DNA of 32,000 nucleotides from Acaryochloris thomasi RCC1774 (GTDB lineage Bacteria; Cyanobacteriota; Cyanobacteriia; Thermosynechococcales; Thermosynechococcaceae). Of the stretch, positions 17,555 to 26,893 are shown piece after piece (position 1 is the first letter of the stretch; each line of letters starts with the position of its first letter). The translations under genes and the position numbers were made by a program. The stretch is taken from the NCBI RefSeq assembly GCF_003231495.1, contig NZ_PQWO01000004.1:240001-272000 (forward strand). The letters run 5' to 3'. The notes under the pieces were generated by a model. The model saw nothing but the letters and a program-made list of their open reading frames with translations. It was not told the origin of the DNA and did not search any database.

Positions 17555-18945
17555 AATCACCTTGGACTGATGCCAAGCAGCGAAGCTCGATTCTCGCTGC
17601 TAGAATTCAAAAATTCAAACTGCTGCGCCCCAACTATCCCTTTAGACCCGATCGCTGGCCGTTTTTTTATGGCTGGATGATTGTGGCGGTGACCACCATC
17701 GGTATTTTGATGAGCATTCCCGGCCAGACAATGGGCGTGAGCGTGTTCACCGATCATCTGCTGGAAGCTACCGGACTTTCTCGGCTGGCGCTCAGTAATG
17801 CTTACTTGGTGGGGACTTTAACCAGCGGTTTGCTGCTGCCCTTCGGTGGCATTTTGCTCGATCGCCTGGGTGCAAGATTGATGGTAGTGCTGTCCTCTGT
17901 TTGGCTGGCGCTGACGCTGGTGTATTTGAGTGGTTGCGATCGCATCTCCCTCCTTCTCTCTACCCAAACATCAATCCCCACATCAACCACAGCTCTAATT
18001 CTGCTGACGCTAGGCTTCGTCAGTCTCCGGTTCAGCGGACAGGGCATGTTAACCCTCACCAGCCGCAACACTCTAGGCAAATGGTTTGATCGCAAGCGAG
18101 GACTTGCCTGCGGTATTTCTGGTATCTTCACAGCCTTTGGCTTCGCCGCCACCCCCCTGATCTTAAGCTACGGCATTGGTCTGGCCGGATGGCGAGGCAC
18201 CTGGCTGGGCCTCGCGGCGATCGTAGGCATTGGCATGGGTCTGATCGGCGGGCTTTTTTTTCGTGATCATCCTGAAGAGTGCGGGCTGCAGATGGATGGC
18301 GTGGCTGCAAGTGCAGCAGAGCCGATACCGCACACCGTTGAGCCAGTTATAATTCTGCAGCAGCACGAGTTCACGCGCAGTGAAGCCCTGCAAACGCTGG
18401 CGTTTTGGGCAACATCAATGGCGCTATCATCACAGGCGCTCGTCGTTACCGGCATCACCTTTCACGTCGTTAATCTAGGGGAGACGGTGGGCTTATCAGA
18501 AGCAGAGGCCGTCAGCTGGTTTTTACCGATGGCTGTCGTGTCAACAATTGTGGGCTACAGCATTGGCATTGCTGCCGACCGCGTTAATCTTAAAAACCTA
18601 TATCTGATGATGATGGTAGCTCAAGGGTTCGGATTCATCGGAGTCGCAAATCTGGGTATTCCTCTGTTTCGAGGTATTGCCATTCTTGGCTTGGGAATGA
18701 GTGGTGGCTGCTTTAGTACGTTATCAAGCGTGACGCTACCGCGTTTCTTCGGCCGTGCTCACTTGGGCGCTATTTCTGGTGTTCAGATGATGAGCATGGT
18801 GATTGCCAGCGCCATCGGCCCCTCGTTTTTGGCTGTCTTTAAAGAGCAGCTAGGGTCATATCAAACCGGACTGTATTTTTGCTGCGGTTTTCCTGCGATC
18901 GCATTTTTCCTGCTTCTTGGGTCGCGCAATCCTCAACGGGGCTAG
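17551..18945 (+). CDS. MFS transporter
   Basis: About 12 hydrophobic segments. An MFS-like loop motif is present (GGILLDRLGARL). Confidence 0.85.
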   Translation: MKSPWTDAKQRSSILAARIQKFKLLRPNYPFRPDRWPFFYGWMIVAVTTIGILMSIPGQTMGVSVFTDHLLEATGLSRLALSNAYLVGTLTSGLLLPFGGILLDRLGARLMVVLSSVWLALTLVYLSGCDRISLLLSTQTSIPTSTTALILLTLGFVSLRFSGQGMLTLTSRNTLGKWFDRKRGLACGISGIFTAFGFAATPLILSYGIGLAGWRGTWLGLAAIVGIGMGLIGGLFFRDHPEECGLQMDGVAASAAEPIPHTVEPVIILQQHEFTRSEALQTLAFWATSMALSSQALVVTGITFHVVNLGETVGLSEAEAVSWFLPMAVVSTIVGYSIGIAADRVNLKNLYLMMMVAQGFGFIGVANLGIPLFRGIAILGLGMSGGCFSTLSSVTLPRFFGRAHLGAISGVQMMSMVIASAIGPSFLAVFKEQLGSYQTGLYFCCGFPAIAFFLLLGSRNPQRG

Positions 18946-18990
18946 CATGACAGAATTGATAGTAGGAAATCGTTTTTAAAAAGCTACGCA

Positions 18991-19440
18991 TCACTCAGGC
19001 AAAAAACCATCAATGAGCAATTCTTCCAGTTCATAAGGGCAATCTACTGGGAATGCTTTTATATCTAACCCTGTCTCTCCTGCAGCCTGTAATCGCGCAT
19101 TAGCATAACAATCAGCAAACTCTGACTCTAAATAGGATCTTAAACTGGGAGAGTCCTTCAACAATCGCTTAGCACGTCGGCGATGTTCGATAATTGAACC
19201 TTTCCAGCTACCTGAGCGCTTTTCAGGCTGGTATCGCCATTTGAGCAGATGGAGGATCACAATGATGAGGTTGCTGCTCATCGCTCTTTTATCGCTCCGT
19301 CCCAAGCTCTCAACCTCTTCAATTAGGTTCTTTATATCCAGTTCGTCGAGTTTGCCTTCTTTCAGCAATTGGACCGTTTGGTCTATCCACTGGGCAAAGT
19401 CCTGATCATATAGCTTGGAGGTTGTCGGAGTGCTGAGCAT
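18991..19440 (-). CDS. DUF29 domain-containing protein
   Basis: LYDQDFAQWIDQTVQLLKEGKLDELDIKNLIEEVESLGRSDKRAMSSNLIIVILHLLKW.YQPEKRS.SW..SI is the canonical DUF29 pattern. Confidence 0.8.
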   Translation of the reverse strand: MLSTPTTSKLYDQDFAQWIDQTVQLLKEGKLDELDIKNLIEEVESLGRSDKRAMSSNLIIVILHLLKWRYQPEKRSGSWKGSIIEHRRRAKRLLKDSPSLRSYLESEFADCYANARLQAAGETGLDIKAFPVDCPYELEELLIDGFLPE

Positions 19441-19496
19441 GGTTATACCGGCATAGCGCTGCTTCCAGTCTACACACAGTCATCGGTACTGGTTGA

Positions 19497-19838
19497 ATGT
19501 CCGATCCCAAAGCATCTTTTCGCATGAGTGTGCTGCTTTCAGCCCAGCGAGCGCTCGTGGGTGAAGTTACCTCAAGAATGCGCCAGATTGGAGTCGAGTT
19601 CTCACCGGCTTACATTCGATTTATTATTTGGTACGACGGTCCCATTGGTGAAGACGAAAAAAATAATTTTGATGCAGGCGTAATCAGTCAAGTGGTTGCC
19701 GACTTTCCCGATCCCGAGCATGGTGATCCTCTCGTCGGTCTAAAGTTTATCCGCTGCGATGCACCTACAAAGATTGACTATCAGGGGTTCGACGGGGACT
19801 TAGTATATGGCAGAAGTGAACCTTTTGAAGCGTCATGA
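19497..19838 (+). CDS. Hypothetical protein (113 aa), divergent from the DUF29 gene
   Basis: This is an ORF with plausible composition. I cannot name a family with confidence. Confidence 0.45.
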   Translation: MSDPKASFRMSVLLSAQRALVGEVTSRMRQIGVEFSPAYIRFIIWYDGPIGEDEKNNFDAGVISQVVADFPDPEHGDPLVGLKFIRCDAPTKIDYQGFDGDLVYGRSEPFEAS

Positions 19839-19946
19839 TACTTCACTGGACTGGAGCCTTCTCAAGGCGCTTGAACCAAAACTCTTTAGCCATGTGGTTC
19901 GTCGCTGAGACTCCTAATGTACTTCTGATATTGCGGCTATCGAATA

Positions 19947-19979
19947 CAAAAACTCCTGGACAGTTCAATTGTCCAGGAG
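19947..19979 (-). terminator. Rho-independent terminator downstream of the EF-G gene, possibly bidirectional
   Basis: A perfect 10-bp stem pairs CTCCTGGACA (19953-19962) with TGTCCAGGAG (19970-19979) around a 7-nt loop. On the minus strand the stem is followed by TTTTTG (19952-19947). The structure lies 43 nt after the EF-G stop. Confidence 0.6.
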
Positions 19980-20021
19980 CCTTGATTCTATATGATCCCT
20001 GAGATTAATTATCCAGGAGAT

Positions 20022-22106
20022 TTACTTCGCAGCCTGACGCTCTTTCGCTTCTGTAATCACCTCTTCCGCCACATTTTTGGGGCAAGGCGCATAGTGCGAG
20101 AACAGCATTGAGAACTGGCCACGACCAGAGGTCATGGTTCGCAGATCGCCAATGTAGCCAAACATTTCGCTTAGGGGCACATCGGCTTTAATCCGTGATC
20201 CTGTTGCCGTGGGGTTCTGAGACTTGATCATGCCTCGGCGACGGTTGAGGTCACCGATCACATCACCCACATAGTCCTCTGGAGTGAAGGCATCGACAGC
20301 CATGATGGGTTCCAGTAGCTGTGGACCTGCTTTCGGGAAGGACTGACGATAGGCGGCTCTAGCTGCAGTCTCAAATGCGATCGCAGATGAATCCACTGCG
20401 TGATAAGCACCATCGGTTAACGTCACCTTCAAATCAGCCACCGGGAAGCCTGCCATCATGCCTTTATCTAGGCAGCTTGCGAACCCCTTCTGAACCGCAG
20501 GCCAGAATTCACGAGGCACGTTACCGCCCGTGACCTTAGACTCAAACGCGAATCCTTCTCCAGGTTCACCTGGCTCAATCACGTAATCGATTTTTCCGTA
20601 TTGTCCCGAACCACCGGACTGCTTCTTGTGGGTATAGCTATCTTCAAGACGCTTAGTGATCGACTCGCGATAGGCAACCTGAGGTTTGCCCACCTCGACC
20701 TCAACACCGTGGGTGCGCTTCAAGATATCCACTTTGATATCTAAGTGCAATTCGCCCATGCCCTTGAGAATCGTTTCACCACTTTCCTGGTCGGTTTCGA
20801 CATGAAAGGAGGGATCTTCCTGAACCATCTTGCTCAGAGCCATGCCCATCTTCTCAGAGCCACCCTTATTAACAGGAGATACTGCAATCGAAATCACTGG
20901 GTCTGGGAAGATCATCAGTTCCAGCGTTGCCGGATCTTTTGGATCGCACAGCGTGTGACCGGTCTGGACATTCTTCATACCCACGATGGCCACAATATCG
21001 CCAGCCTGAGCAACAGTAACCTCTTCACGAGAGTCAGCGTGCATTTCCACAAGGCGACCGATGCGCTCTGTTTTACCCGTTGCCGTGTTGAGAATCGTGT
21101 CACCCTTGGCAATTTTGCCAGAGTAAATACGCGTGAAGGTGAGTGCGCCGAAACGATCGTCCATGATTTTGAACGCGAGGGCCCGGAGCGGCTTGTCGAC
21201 GTCGACAATGGCAACACCACCGGTTTCATTACCCTCAAGGTCCACTTCTGGCTGAGGCCTAACTTCCGTGGGGTTTGGCAGGTAGTCAACAACGGCATCT
21301 AAGACAAGCTGTACACCCTTGTTCTTAAACGAGGAGCCACAGTAAGTTGGGAAGAAGGCTAGGTCACGAGTCCCCTTACGGATACAGTTTTTGATCTCGT
21401 CGATGCTCAGCTCTTCACCCTCAAGATACTTCTCCATGACAGCATCATCCTGCTCCACGGCCAGCTCAATGAGCTGCTCACGATAAAGCGCGACATCATC
21501 AGCCATGTCGGCGGGCACGTCTTTGATCTCGTAATTCATGGGGTCGCCAGAATCATCCCAGATCCAGGCTTTTTGGGTGAGGAGGTCAACTAAACCCGTG
21601 AACTGTTCTTCAATTCCGATGGGCAGCACCATAACAAGGGGCTTCGCACCTAGAATCTCGTCTACCTGCTTGACGACACTGTAGAAGTCGCCGCCTGTTC
21701 TATCGAGCTTATTAACGTAGATGATTCGAGCAACCTTGGAGTCGTTGGCGTAGCGCCAATTGGTCTCGGACTGAGGTTCTACCCCACCAGAGGCACAGAA
21801 CACACCCACACCGCCGTCAAGGACCTTGAGGGAGCGATACACTTCAATCGTGAAGTCAACGTGTCCAGGCGTATCAATAATATTGAGCTGGTGATCCTTC
21901 CAGAAACAGGTTGTTGCAGCAGACTGAATCGTGATTCCCCGTTCCTGCTCCTGCTCCATAAAGTCTGTGGTTGCCGCACCATCATGCACCTCACCGATCT
22001 TGTGGATCTTACCGGTCAGCTTCAAAATTCTTTCTGTAGTGGTGGTCTTGCCAGCATCTACGTGGGCGAAGATGCCGATGTTGCGGTAATGGCTGAGGTC
22101 TTTCAT
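20022..22106 (-). CDS. fusA: Elongation factor G paralogue, stand-alone and outside a str operon
   Basis: [83 protein letters not shown] carries the G1-G3 motifs. The length of 694 aa is full EF-G length. Confidence 0.93.
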   Translation of the reverse strand: MKDLSHYRNIGIFAHVDAGKTTTTERILKLTGKIHKIGEVHDGAATTDFMEQEQERGITIQSAATTCFWKDHQLNIIDTPGHVDFTIEVYRSLKVLDGGVGVFCASGGVEPQSETNWRYANDSKVARIIYVNKLDRTGGDFYSVVKQVDEILGAKPLVMVLPIGIEEQFTGLVDLLTQKAWIWDDSGDPMNYEIKDVPADMADDVALYREQLIELAVEQDDAVMEKYLEGEELSIDEIKNCIRKGTRDLAFFPTYCGSSFKNKGVQLVLDAVVDYLPNPTEVRPQPEVDLEGNETGGVAIVDVDKPLRALAFKIMDDRFGALTFTRIYSGKIAKGDTILNTATGKTERIGRLVEMHADSREEVTVAQAGDIVAIVGMKNVQTGHTLCDPKDPATLELMIFPDPVISIAVSPVNKGGSEKMGMALSKMVQEDPSFHVETDQESGETILKGMGELHLDIKVDILKRTHGVEVEVGKPQVAYRESITKRLEDSYTHKKQSGGSGQYGKIDYVIEPGEPGEGFAFESKVTGGNVPREFWPAVQKGFASCLDKGMMAGFPVADLKVTLTDGAYHAVDSSAIAFETAARAAYRQSFPKAGPQLLEPIMAVDAFTPEDYVGDVIGDLNRRRGMIKSQNPTATGSRIKADVPLSEMFGYIGDLRTMTSGRGQFSMLFSHYAPCPKNVAEEVITEAKERQAAK

Positions 22107-22491
22107 ATCTGCTCTCTAGTTAAGTGCGACAAGCCACTGAGTCAAGGGGACACAGGTGCCGACGATGGGGCCAAACTGGCCTAGGTGGACTGGACTTCAA
22201 TATCTTAAAAAGATTAAGAAATCCCTTTCTATATTCTTAGAAACGTTACTAATTGTAAAGTGTCTCGGCGATACTAGACAGGGGTTGATAACCCTAATTC
22301 TGCAGCACATATAAGATCTGCAAATTGTCTATAGTCATCCAGGTTGCCCATAGAGCTGCAGCAATTGACGGCAGAGCTTTGGGGGGAGACTAAGTATCTT
22401 CACCTACTATTGTGAACTATTCCTTCACGTTTTTTCTGCAATTGCCTGTTTGAGTTCGCTGACTATGGAATAGATAGGGCCGTTCTCTGCA

Positions 22492-23346
22492 TCAAAAAAG
22501 GCTGAGCTGCTGGGGTTCTGCAGCAAACTGATCCCAAGGGAGTGGCGGGACGGGGACCTGTTGTTGCTGCAGCAGATGGTGAAAGTTTTGAGCGGTGCGA
22601 GGGGAGTGCTCTTCAACGGGGCAGTGGACGAAGAAATAGATGCGAGTACCGTGCTGCAGCCATTGCTCAACGTCGCGGACCCAATCTTCTAAGAAGGGCT
22701 GATTGAGGTCAAAGGTGGGGTGGCTGATGTAGCGAATGATGCTGAAGGGAGCCGTGACGACAGGCTGCAGCGGCACATTAGGTTTACGGCGCTGCGACCC
22801 TAGCTGCGGATCTTCGGGGAACTGATACATCGGGCGACTATCGAGCAGTACCCGTCCTACCTGAAGACGATGCAGAAGTTCTGAAAGCTTTTCTGCGTGG
22901 GGTGATTTGAACCAGTCAGGATGTCGAACTTCAAGGGCCAGAGGGGTCCCGCAGTGCTGCAGCCCTGTAAAAAAAGTCTCGAGGTCAGCAAAGGAGGCTG
23001 GGCTATAGGAAGGGGGAAGCTGAGCGAAGATGGGACCAAGACGATCGCCCAAGCCCTGCATCAGGTCGATAAAGTTGAGGGCTGCATCGATACCTTGGTG
23101 GAGAGGACTATCGTGGGTAATACAGCGTGGAAACTTTGGACAGAACTCAAACCCCGGTGGCGTTTGGGCCTGCCAGCGGGCGACAGTGGCCGCACTGGGG
23201 ACGGAATAGAAGGTGGCGTTGCATTCGACGGTGGTGAATCGCTGGCTATAGAGCTGCAGAAACTTTGAGGAAGCGCTGCCGGATGGAAACAAATCCCCTA
23301 GCCATCCCTTGTAGGCCCAAATTGCACAGCCGATGGAAAAACTCAT
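22492..23346 (-). CDS. DUF72 (UPF0759) domain-containing protein
   Basis: IGCAIWAYKGWLGDLFP....FLQLYSQRFTTVECNATFYSVPSAATVARWQAQTPPGFEFCPKFPRCITH matches the DUF72 N-terminal consensus. Confidence 0.85.
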   Translation of the reverse strand: MSFSIGCAIWAYKGWLGDLFPSGSASSKFLQLYSQRFTTVECNATFYSVPSAATVARWQAQTPPGFEFCPKFPRCITHDSPLHQGIDAALNFIDLMQGLGDRLGPIFAQLPPSYSPASFADLETFFTGLQHCGTPLALEVRHPDWFKSPHAEKLSELLHRLQVGRVLLDSRPMYQFPEDPQLGSQRRKPNVPLQPVVTAPFSIIRYISHPTFDLNQPFLEDWVRDVEQWLQHGTRIYFFVHCPVEEHSPRTAQNFHHLLQQQQVPVPPLPWDQFAAEPQQLSLF

Positions 23347-23471
23347 GAAGTGTGAGGCAACCGCTGGGTATTTCGGTGTGTGGTTCTGTCTCTATCCTAC
23401 GAGGATTGCGGGTTTGTAGCCAAGGGAGTTTCTAGCCTGCGTGAAATAAGGCTGAATTTTTGCCACCCAAC

Positions 23472-23519
23472 CCGACTTAACCGACTCAATGATGAAGCAA
23501 CAACCGACTTCAGCCGACT
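23472..23519. promoter_or_regulatory. Four direct CCGACT hexamers in two pairs upstream of the di-iron protein gene; possible regulator binding sites
   Basis: CCGACT occurs at 23472-23477, 23481-23486, 23504-23509 and 23514-23519. Spacing within each pair is 9-10 bp. The cluster lies 72-119 bp upstream of the ATG at 23591. Confidence 0.25.
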
Positions 23520-23590
23520 GACGTGCTCAGGGTCGGCTGCCTAAGCTGTGGGCGGCAGAGAACGCTAAGACAACAGGAGCAAGAAGCGTA

Positions 23591-24556
23591 ATGACTGACG
23601 CTATTTCACTAGGACGCACAGCCACATGTGGGAGGGGAAAACCTTATTTGAAGCAAATGCGCCAGCGCATCGGAGTGTTGGTGGATCAATACTTGGCGGA
23701 GGAGATGCTGTGCGATCGCATCCAAAATCTTCCCCAACAGTTTCAGAATCCACAGCCGCGCAAATGGGGCACTATCGACTGGCAGGGCATTGATCCAGAG
23801 CAAATCATCGGCATCGACCCACTGATCTTCATCGCCATCTTGGCCGGGTGTATTGATACCGAACTGCCGATTCGTGGGTATACACAAACCAGTCGCCAGT
23901 ATCTAGAAAATCTATGTCCGCCAATGGCAAAGTTCGTCGGTGGTGAGGTCGATAACCACGGCAATCTGATCGATCTAGGGCTTTGGGAGAAAGAAGAGCG
24001 GCAGCATGCCCCCACCCTCCAGAAAATTTATACACAGTTGACGGGGTTGAAGCTAAGGCCGATTCCCCATGAACCCAGGCCCTACCAGTCCACAGGGGAT
24101 ATATACAGCGATCTTTATATACATGGACTGCATCGGGTGGCCACAGAATATGGGGCCGCTTGCCTGTATCTGTGGCTGATGGCTCACTCGACAGGTCCAC
24201 TGCAGGTGGCGATCGCAGAAATGCTGCGAGATGAGGTTAACCACATGACAAAATTCTGGGGCTTCGGTCTCTGGGCTTATCCCGACTCTTCTATTCTAAA
24301 AGTTGTCAAAACGCTTGTCGGCGCTGCTCTCGGTAAACTGTGCCGCCGTCAGCCTTCTCAAGCCAGCTTAATCCACACGCTCCGACGTATGGCTCAGGTG
24401 CTGCACTGGTCAGCTTGGTCCTGGGGCAACAAGCTGACCTTTACATGGACCTTCATGGTGGTGCTGTTGCGGCTGTGGCGCTGGAGCTGGAGCCTAACGC
24501 CTGCCTATCTGAAATCACTGCTCGGAACACAAATATCAGGAGAATATCGCTCCTGA
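23591..24556 (+). CDS. Ferritin-like di-iron carboxylate protein resembling soluble acyl-ACP desaturases, with a Trp-rich hydrophobic C-terminal tail
   Basis: Ligand-like motifs occur in desaturase order: IDTELP, WEKEERQH (ExxH), VATEYG and LRDEVNH (ExxH). For comparison, acyl-ACP desaturases have ITEEALP / WTAEENRH / QERATF / ADEKRH. The C-terminus reads WSAWSWGNKLTFTWTFMVVLLRLWRWSWSL. Confidence 0.55.
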   Translation: MTDAISLGRTATCGRGKPYLKQMRQRIGVLVDQYLAEEMLCDRIQNLPQQFQNPQPRKWGTIDWQGIDPEQIIGIDPLIFIAILAGCIDTELPIRGYTQTSRQYLENLCPPMAKFVGGEVDNHGNLIDLGLWEKEERQHAPTLQKIYTQLTGLKLRPIPHEPRPYQSTGDIYSDLYIHGLHRVATEYGAACLYLWLMAHSTGPLQVAIAEMLRDEVNHMTKFWGFGLWAYPDSSILKVVKTLVGAALGKLCRRQPSQASLIHTLRRMAQVLHWSAWSWGNKLTFTWTFMVVLLRLWRWSWSLTPAYLKSLLGTQISGEYRS

Positions 24557-24624
24557 CCCACATCCTTAAGATGCCTCTATTGCAGAAAGCTTTGGCAACT
24601 TAGCTGATCTAAACACTATCAAGC

Positions 24625-24651
24625 GCAGGGTCTTATGCCCTGCTCATTTTT
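24625..24651 (+). terminator. Candidate Rho-independent terminator after the di-iron protein gene
   Basis: GCAGGG (24625-24630) pairs with CCCTGC (24638-24643) around a 7-nt loop, followed by TCATTTTT. The stem is short, only 6 bp. Confidence 0.45.
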
Positions 24652-24677
24652 CAACCCGCAAGACAGTATCTAAAACC

Positions 24678-25433
24678 ATGATCGCTCAGAATCTTTCACC
24701 CCTACCGATAGACCTCAACCCACAATGCCTGCCTCAACACGTCGCGGTGATTATGGATGGCAATGGCCGCTGGGCGACCCGCCAAGGCTTTCCACGGGTG
24801 GCAGGCCATCGACAGGGGGCTAGAACCCTGAAGGCGCTGCTGCGCTGCTGCAAAGACTGGGAGATTCCCACGCTAACGGCCTATGCCTTTTCGACGGAGA
24901 ACTGGCGTCGTCCGACAGAAGAGGTTGATTTTTTAATGCTTTTGTTTGAGCGACTCTTGAAGAAAGAGCTAGCAGAAATGAACCGCGAAGGGGTTCGCAT
25001 TTCTTTTATCGGTGATCTAGACGCGCTAGCGCCTTCTCTGCAGCGCCAGATTGAGCGGGCGACAAAAGCCACAGCAGAGAATCAATCCGTGCATCTGATG
25101 GTGGCGGCGAACTACGGCAGTCGCTCAGAGATGATTCATGCCTGTCAAAAGATTGCCCAGCAGGTCCAGCAAGGGAAGCTAGACCCTACCGAAATTACAG
25201 AAAAAGTGCTCAGTCAACAGCTCTATACCAGCGACATCCCTGACCCTGATTTGCTGATTCGCACCAGTGGGGAAACGCGCCTTAGTAACTATCTGCTCTG
25301 GCAGATAGCCTACACCGAGCTATATTTTACCGATACGCTGTGGCCTGATTTTGATCAATCGGCCTTTCATCAAGCGTTGAAGGAGTATGGGAAACGCGAT
25401 CGCAAATTTGGTCAGGTTCGTCTTTCGGCCTAA
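24678..25433 (+). CDS. uppS: Isoprenyl transferase / di-trans,poly-cis-undecaprenyl-diphosphate synthase
   Basis: The motifs [51 protein letters not shown] and RFG are present. Confidence 0.92.
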   Translation: MIAQNLSPLPIDLNPQCLPQHVAVIMDGNGRWATRQGFPRVAGHRQGARTLKALLRCCKDWEIPTLTAYAFSTENWRRPTEEVDFLMLLFERLLKKELAEMNREGVRISFIGDLDALAPSLQRQIERATKATAENQSVHLMVAANYGSRSEMIHACQKIAQQVQQGKLDPTEITEKVLSQQLYTSDIPDPDLLIRTSGETRLSNYLLWQIAYTELYFTDTLWPDFDQSAFHQALKEYGKRDRKFGQVRLSA

Positions 25434-25707
25434 CAAAAAAGCAGCGCTGGTGATGTGGCGGTCAACCATTTTAGAGCAAGAGCCAGCATAGCGCGGCCAC
25501 CGACAAAACTGACACAGACCAAAAGCAGTGCTACGCTATCAGCGTGATGCCGAGGGGTTAAGCCAACCCTAAGCTGTCGCCAATCTAAGCATAGGCACCA
25601 ATACTGCATAATATTCCTCCAGCACCCTCAAAATCATTTATAGAAAACGGCTCTAACCAAACAATTAAAGTAGCCTCGTCACCCCTTCAGGAGAGGGATT
25701 TTTATTG

Positions 25708-26754
25708 ATGCAAATAGCTCAAAACTTAGCGCCCAAAATGAACCCTGCCAGCAATCAACTAAAAAGCCCCATCTTCTTACTCGGCTCACACAAAAGCGGC
25801 ACAAGTTTACTCAGAAGTCTATTAGATAGCCATTCTGAGCTATTCGCAGCTCCCATGGAAATGCACTTCTTCAAGTGTATGGGGTACTGGGTAGACTATA
25901 GATTGCAGCGGTCTTGGCCTCACGATTTGAGTATAGAAGAAAAATATACAGCGCTAATTAATAGCATCGAGAGCCGCAACAAAAATAAGAATCCTTATTC
26001 AGACTCTGTTCTTCCAGATGCTTGTGATTTGGACCTATTTCGTAGTTGCCTAGAAAGCAGCAACCCCAAAACGAATACAGAACTCTTTATCGCGTACGTA
26101 AACTCACTCTATTACTCTCTGACAGGCAAGACGCTAGACTGCAATATTCGGCTTGTTGAAAAATCAGTAGAGAATGCTGAGTATGCACCGTTGCTGAGCC
26201 ACATGTTTTCAGATAGTAAATTTATTCATATCATTCGTAATCCTTATTCAACGATAGTTGCGCTCAGAAAATCAAAAACAAAATCTTGCTATCCCTACCT
26301 GGGAGGCATGGCTCAGTCATTGCATAACTCATACTATAACCTGCATAAGAATCAGCTCTTCATCAAGAACTATTTAGTCATTAGGTATGAAGATTTACTC
26401 ACTTCTACGCAAGAAGTCATGCAGCAGATCGCAGACTTTCTCAATATAAAGTTCTCTGAAAGCCTGATACAGCCGACACTTCTAGGTAAGCCGTGGGGTG
26501 GCAACAGTAGCAGTAACCAAGCATTTCAGAAGATTTCACTCTCTCCCCTCCACACCTGGAAAGAGAATATTACTGACCTAGAGATTCAGTTAGTGAATAA
26601 AATGCTTCTGCCAGCAGTCCAAGAATTTGGATATCCAACTTTATCTGCATCGCGTTCACTCCTCATGCCTGCTCCCCAAGAGCCATGGTTCAACTATGCA
26701 AAAAATCGTTCCTTTCTCAGATTGATGGGGCAATCGGCCTTAGAGTCCTCCTGA
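25708..26754 (+). CDS. PAPS-dependent sulfotransferase family protein, stand-alone
   Basis: The 5'-PSB loop LGSHKSGTSLL and the 3'-PB region FIHIIRNPYSTIVA are present. I prefer the ATG at 25708 to the TTG at 25705. The gene sits in a strongly AT-rich tract. Confidence 0.8.
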   Translation: MQIAQNLAPKMNPASNQLKSPIFLLGSHKSGTSLLRSLLDSHSELFAAPMEMHFFKCMGYWVDYRLQRSWPHDLSIEEKYTALINSIESRNKNKNPYSDSVLPDACDLDLFRSCLESSNPKTNTELFIAYVNSLYYSLTGKTLDCNIRLVEKSVENAEYAPLLSHMFSDSKFIHIIRNPYSTIVALRKSKTKSCYPYLGGMAQSLHNSYYNLHKNQLFIKNYLVIRYEDLLTSTQEVMQQIADFLNIKFSESLIQPTLLGKPWGGNSSSNQAFQKISLSPLHTWKENITDLEIQLVNKMLLPAVQEFGYPTLSASRSLLMPAPQEPWFNYAKNRSFLRLMGQSALESS

Positions 26755-26851
26755 AAGGTCTACTCTGCTCTATATTTCCCAACACAGAGAGAAGGGTGAG
26801 AATGCACATCTGTCTGTACGTGCTAGACGAAGATATTGCTCCCAACCCTAT

Positions 26852-26893
26852 ATTTCTAGTGGTGCAATCCACATTTCTAGTGGTGCAATCCAC
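26852..26893. repeat. Perfect 21-bp tandem duplication (2 copies) covering the stop codon and 3' end of the DUF2891 gene
   Basis: ATTTCTAGTGGTGCAATCCAC occurs at 26852-26872 and again at 26873-26893, and the two copies are identical. The second copy encodes ...GLHH* of the minus-strand gene. Confidence 0.95.

Noticed and set aside
20745-22184. Long antisense ORFs within the EF-G gene (20745..21302 +, 20975..21298 -, 21779..21994 -, 21861..22184 +)
   Set aside because: They lie inside a highly conserved EF-G coding frame, and their products have no protein-like features.
23511-23539. 8-bp-stem hairpin CAGCCGAC-N13-GTCGGCTG, considered as a terminator or riboswitch element
   Set aside because: No U-tract follows it and I recognise no conserved riboswitch core. 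I report it only as part of the CCGACT repeat observation.
25430-25609. 59-codon minus-strand ORF (MQYWCLCLDWRQL...VALLLVCVSFVGG...LLFC*) in the uppS-sulfotransferase intergenic region, below the track cutoff
   Set aside because: It has one hydrophobic stretch but Cys/Trp/Arg-rich composition, no recognisable family and no obvious ribosome-binding site. Its 3' end overlaps the uppS stop region. The evidence is insufficient to call it a gene.
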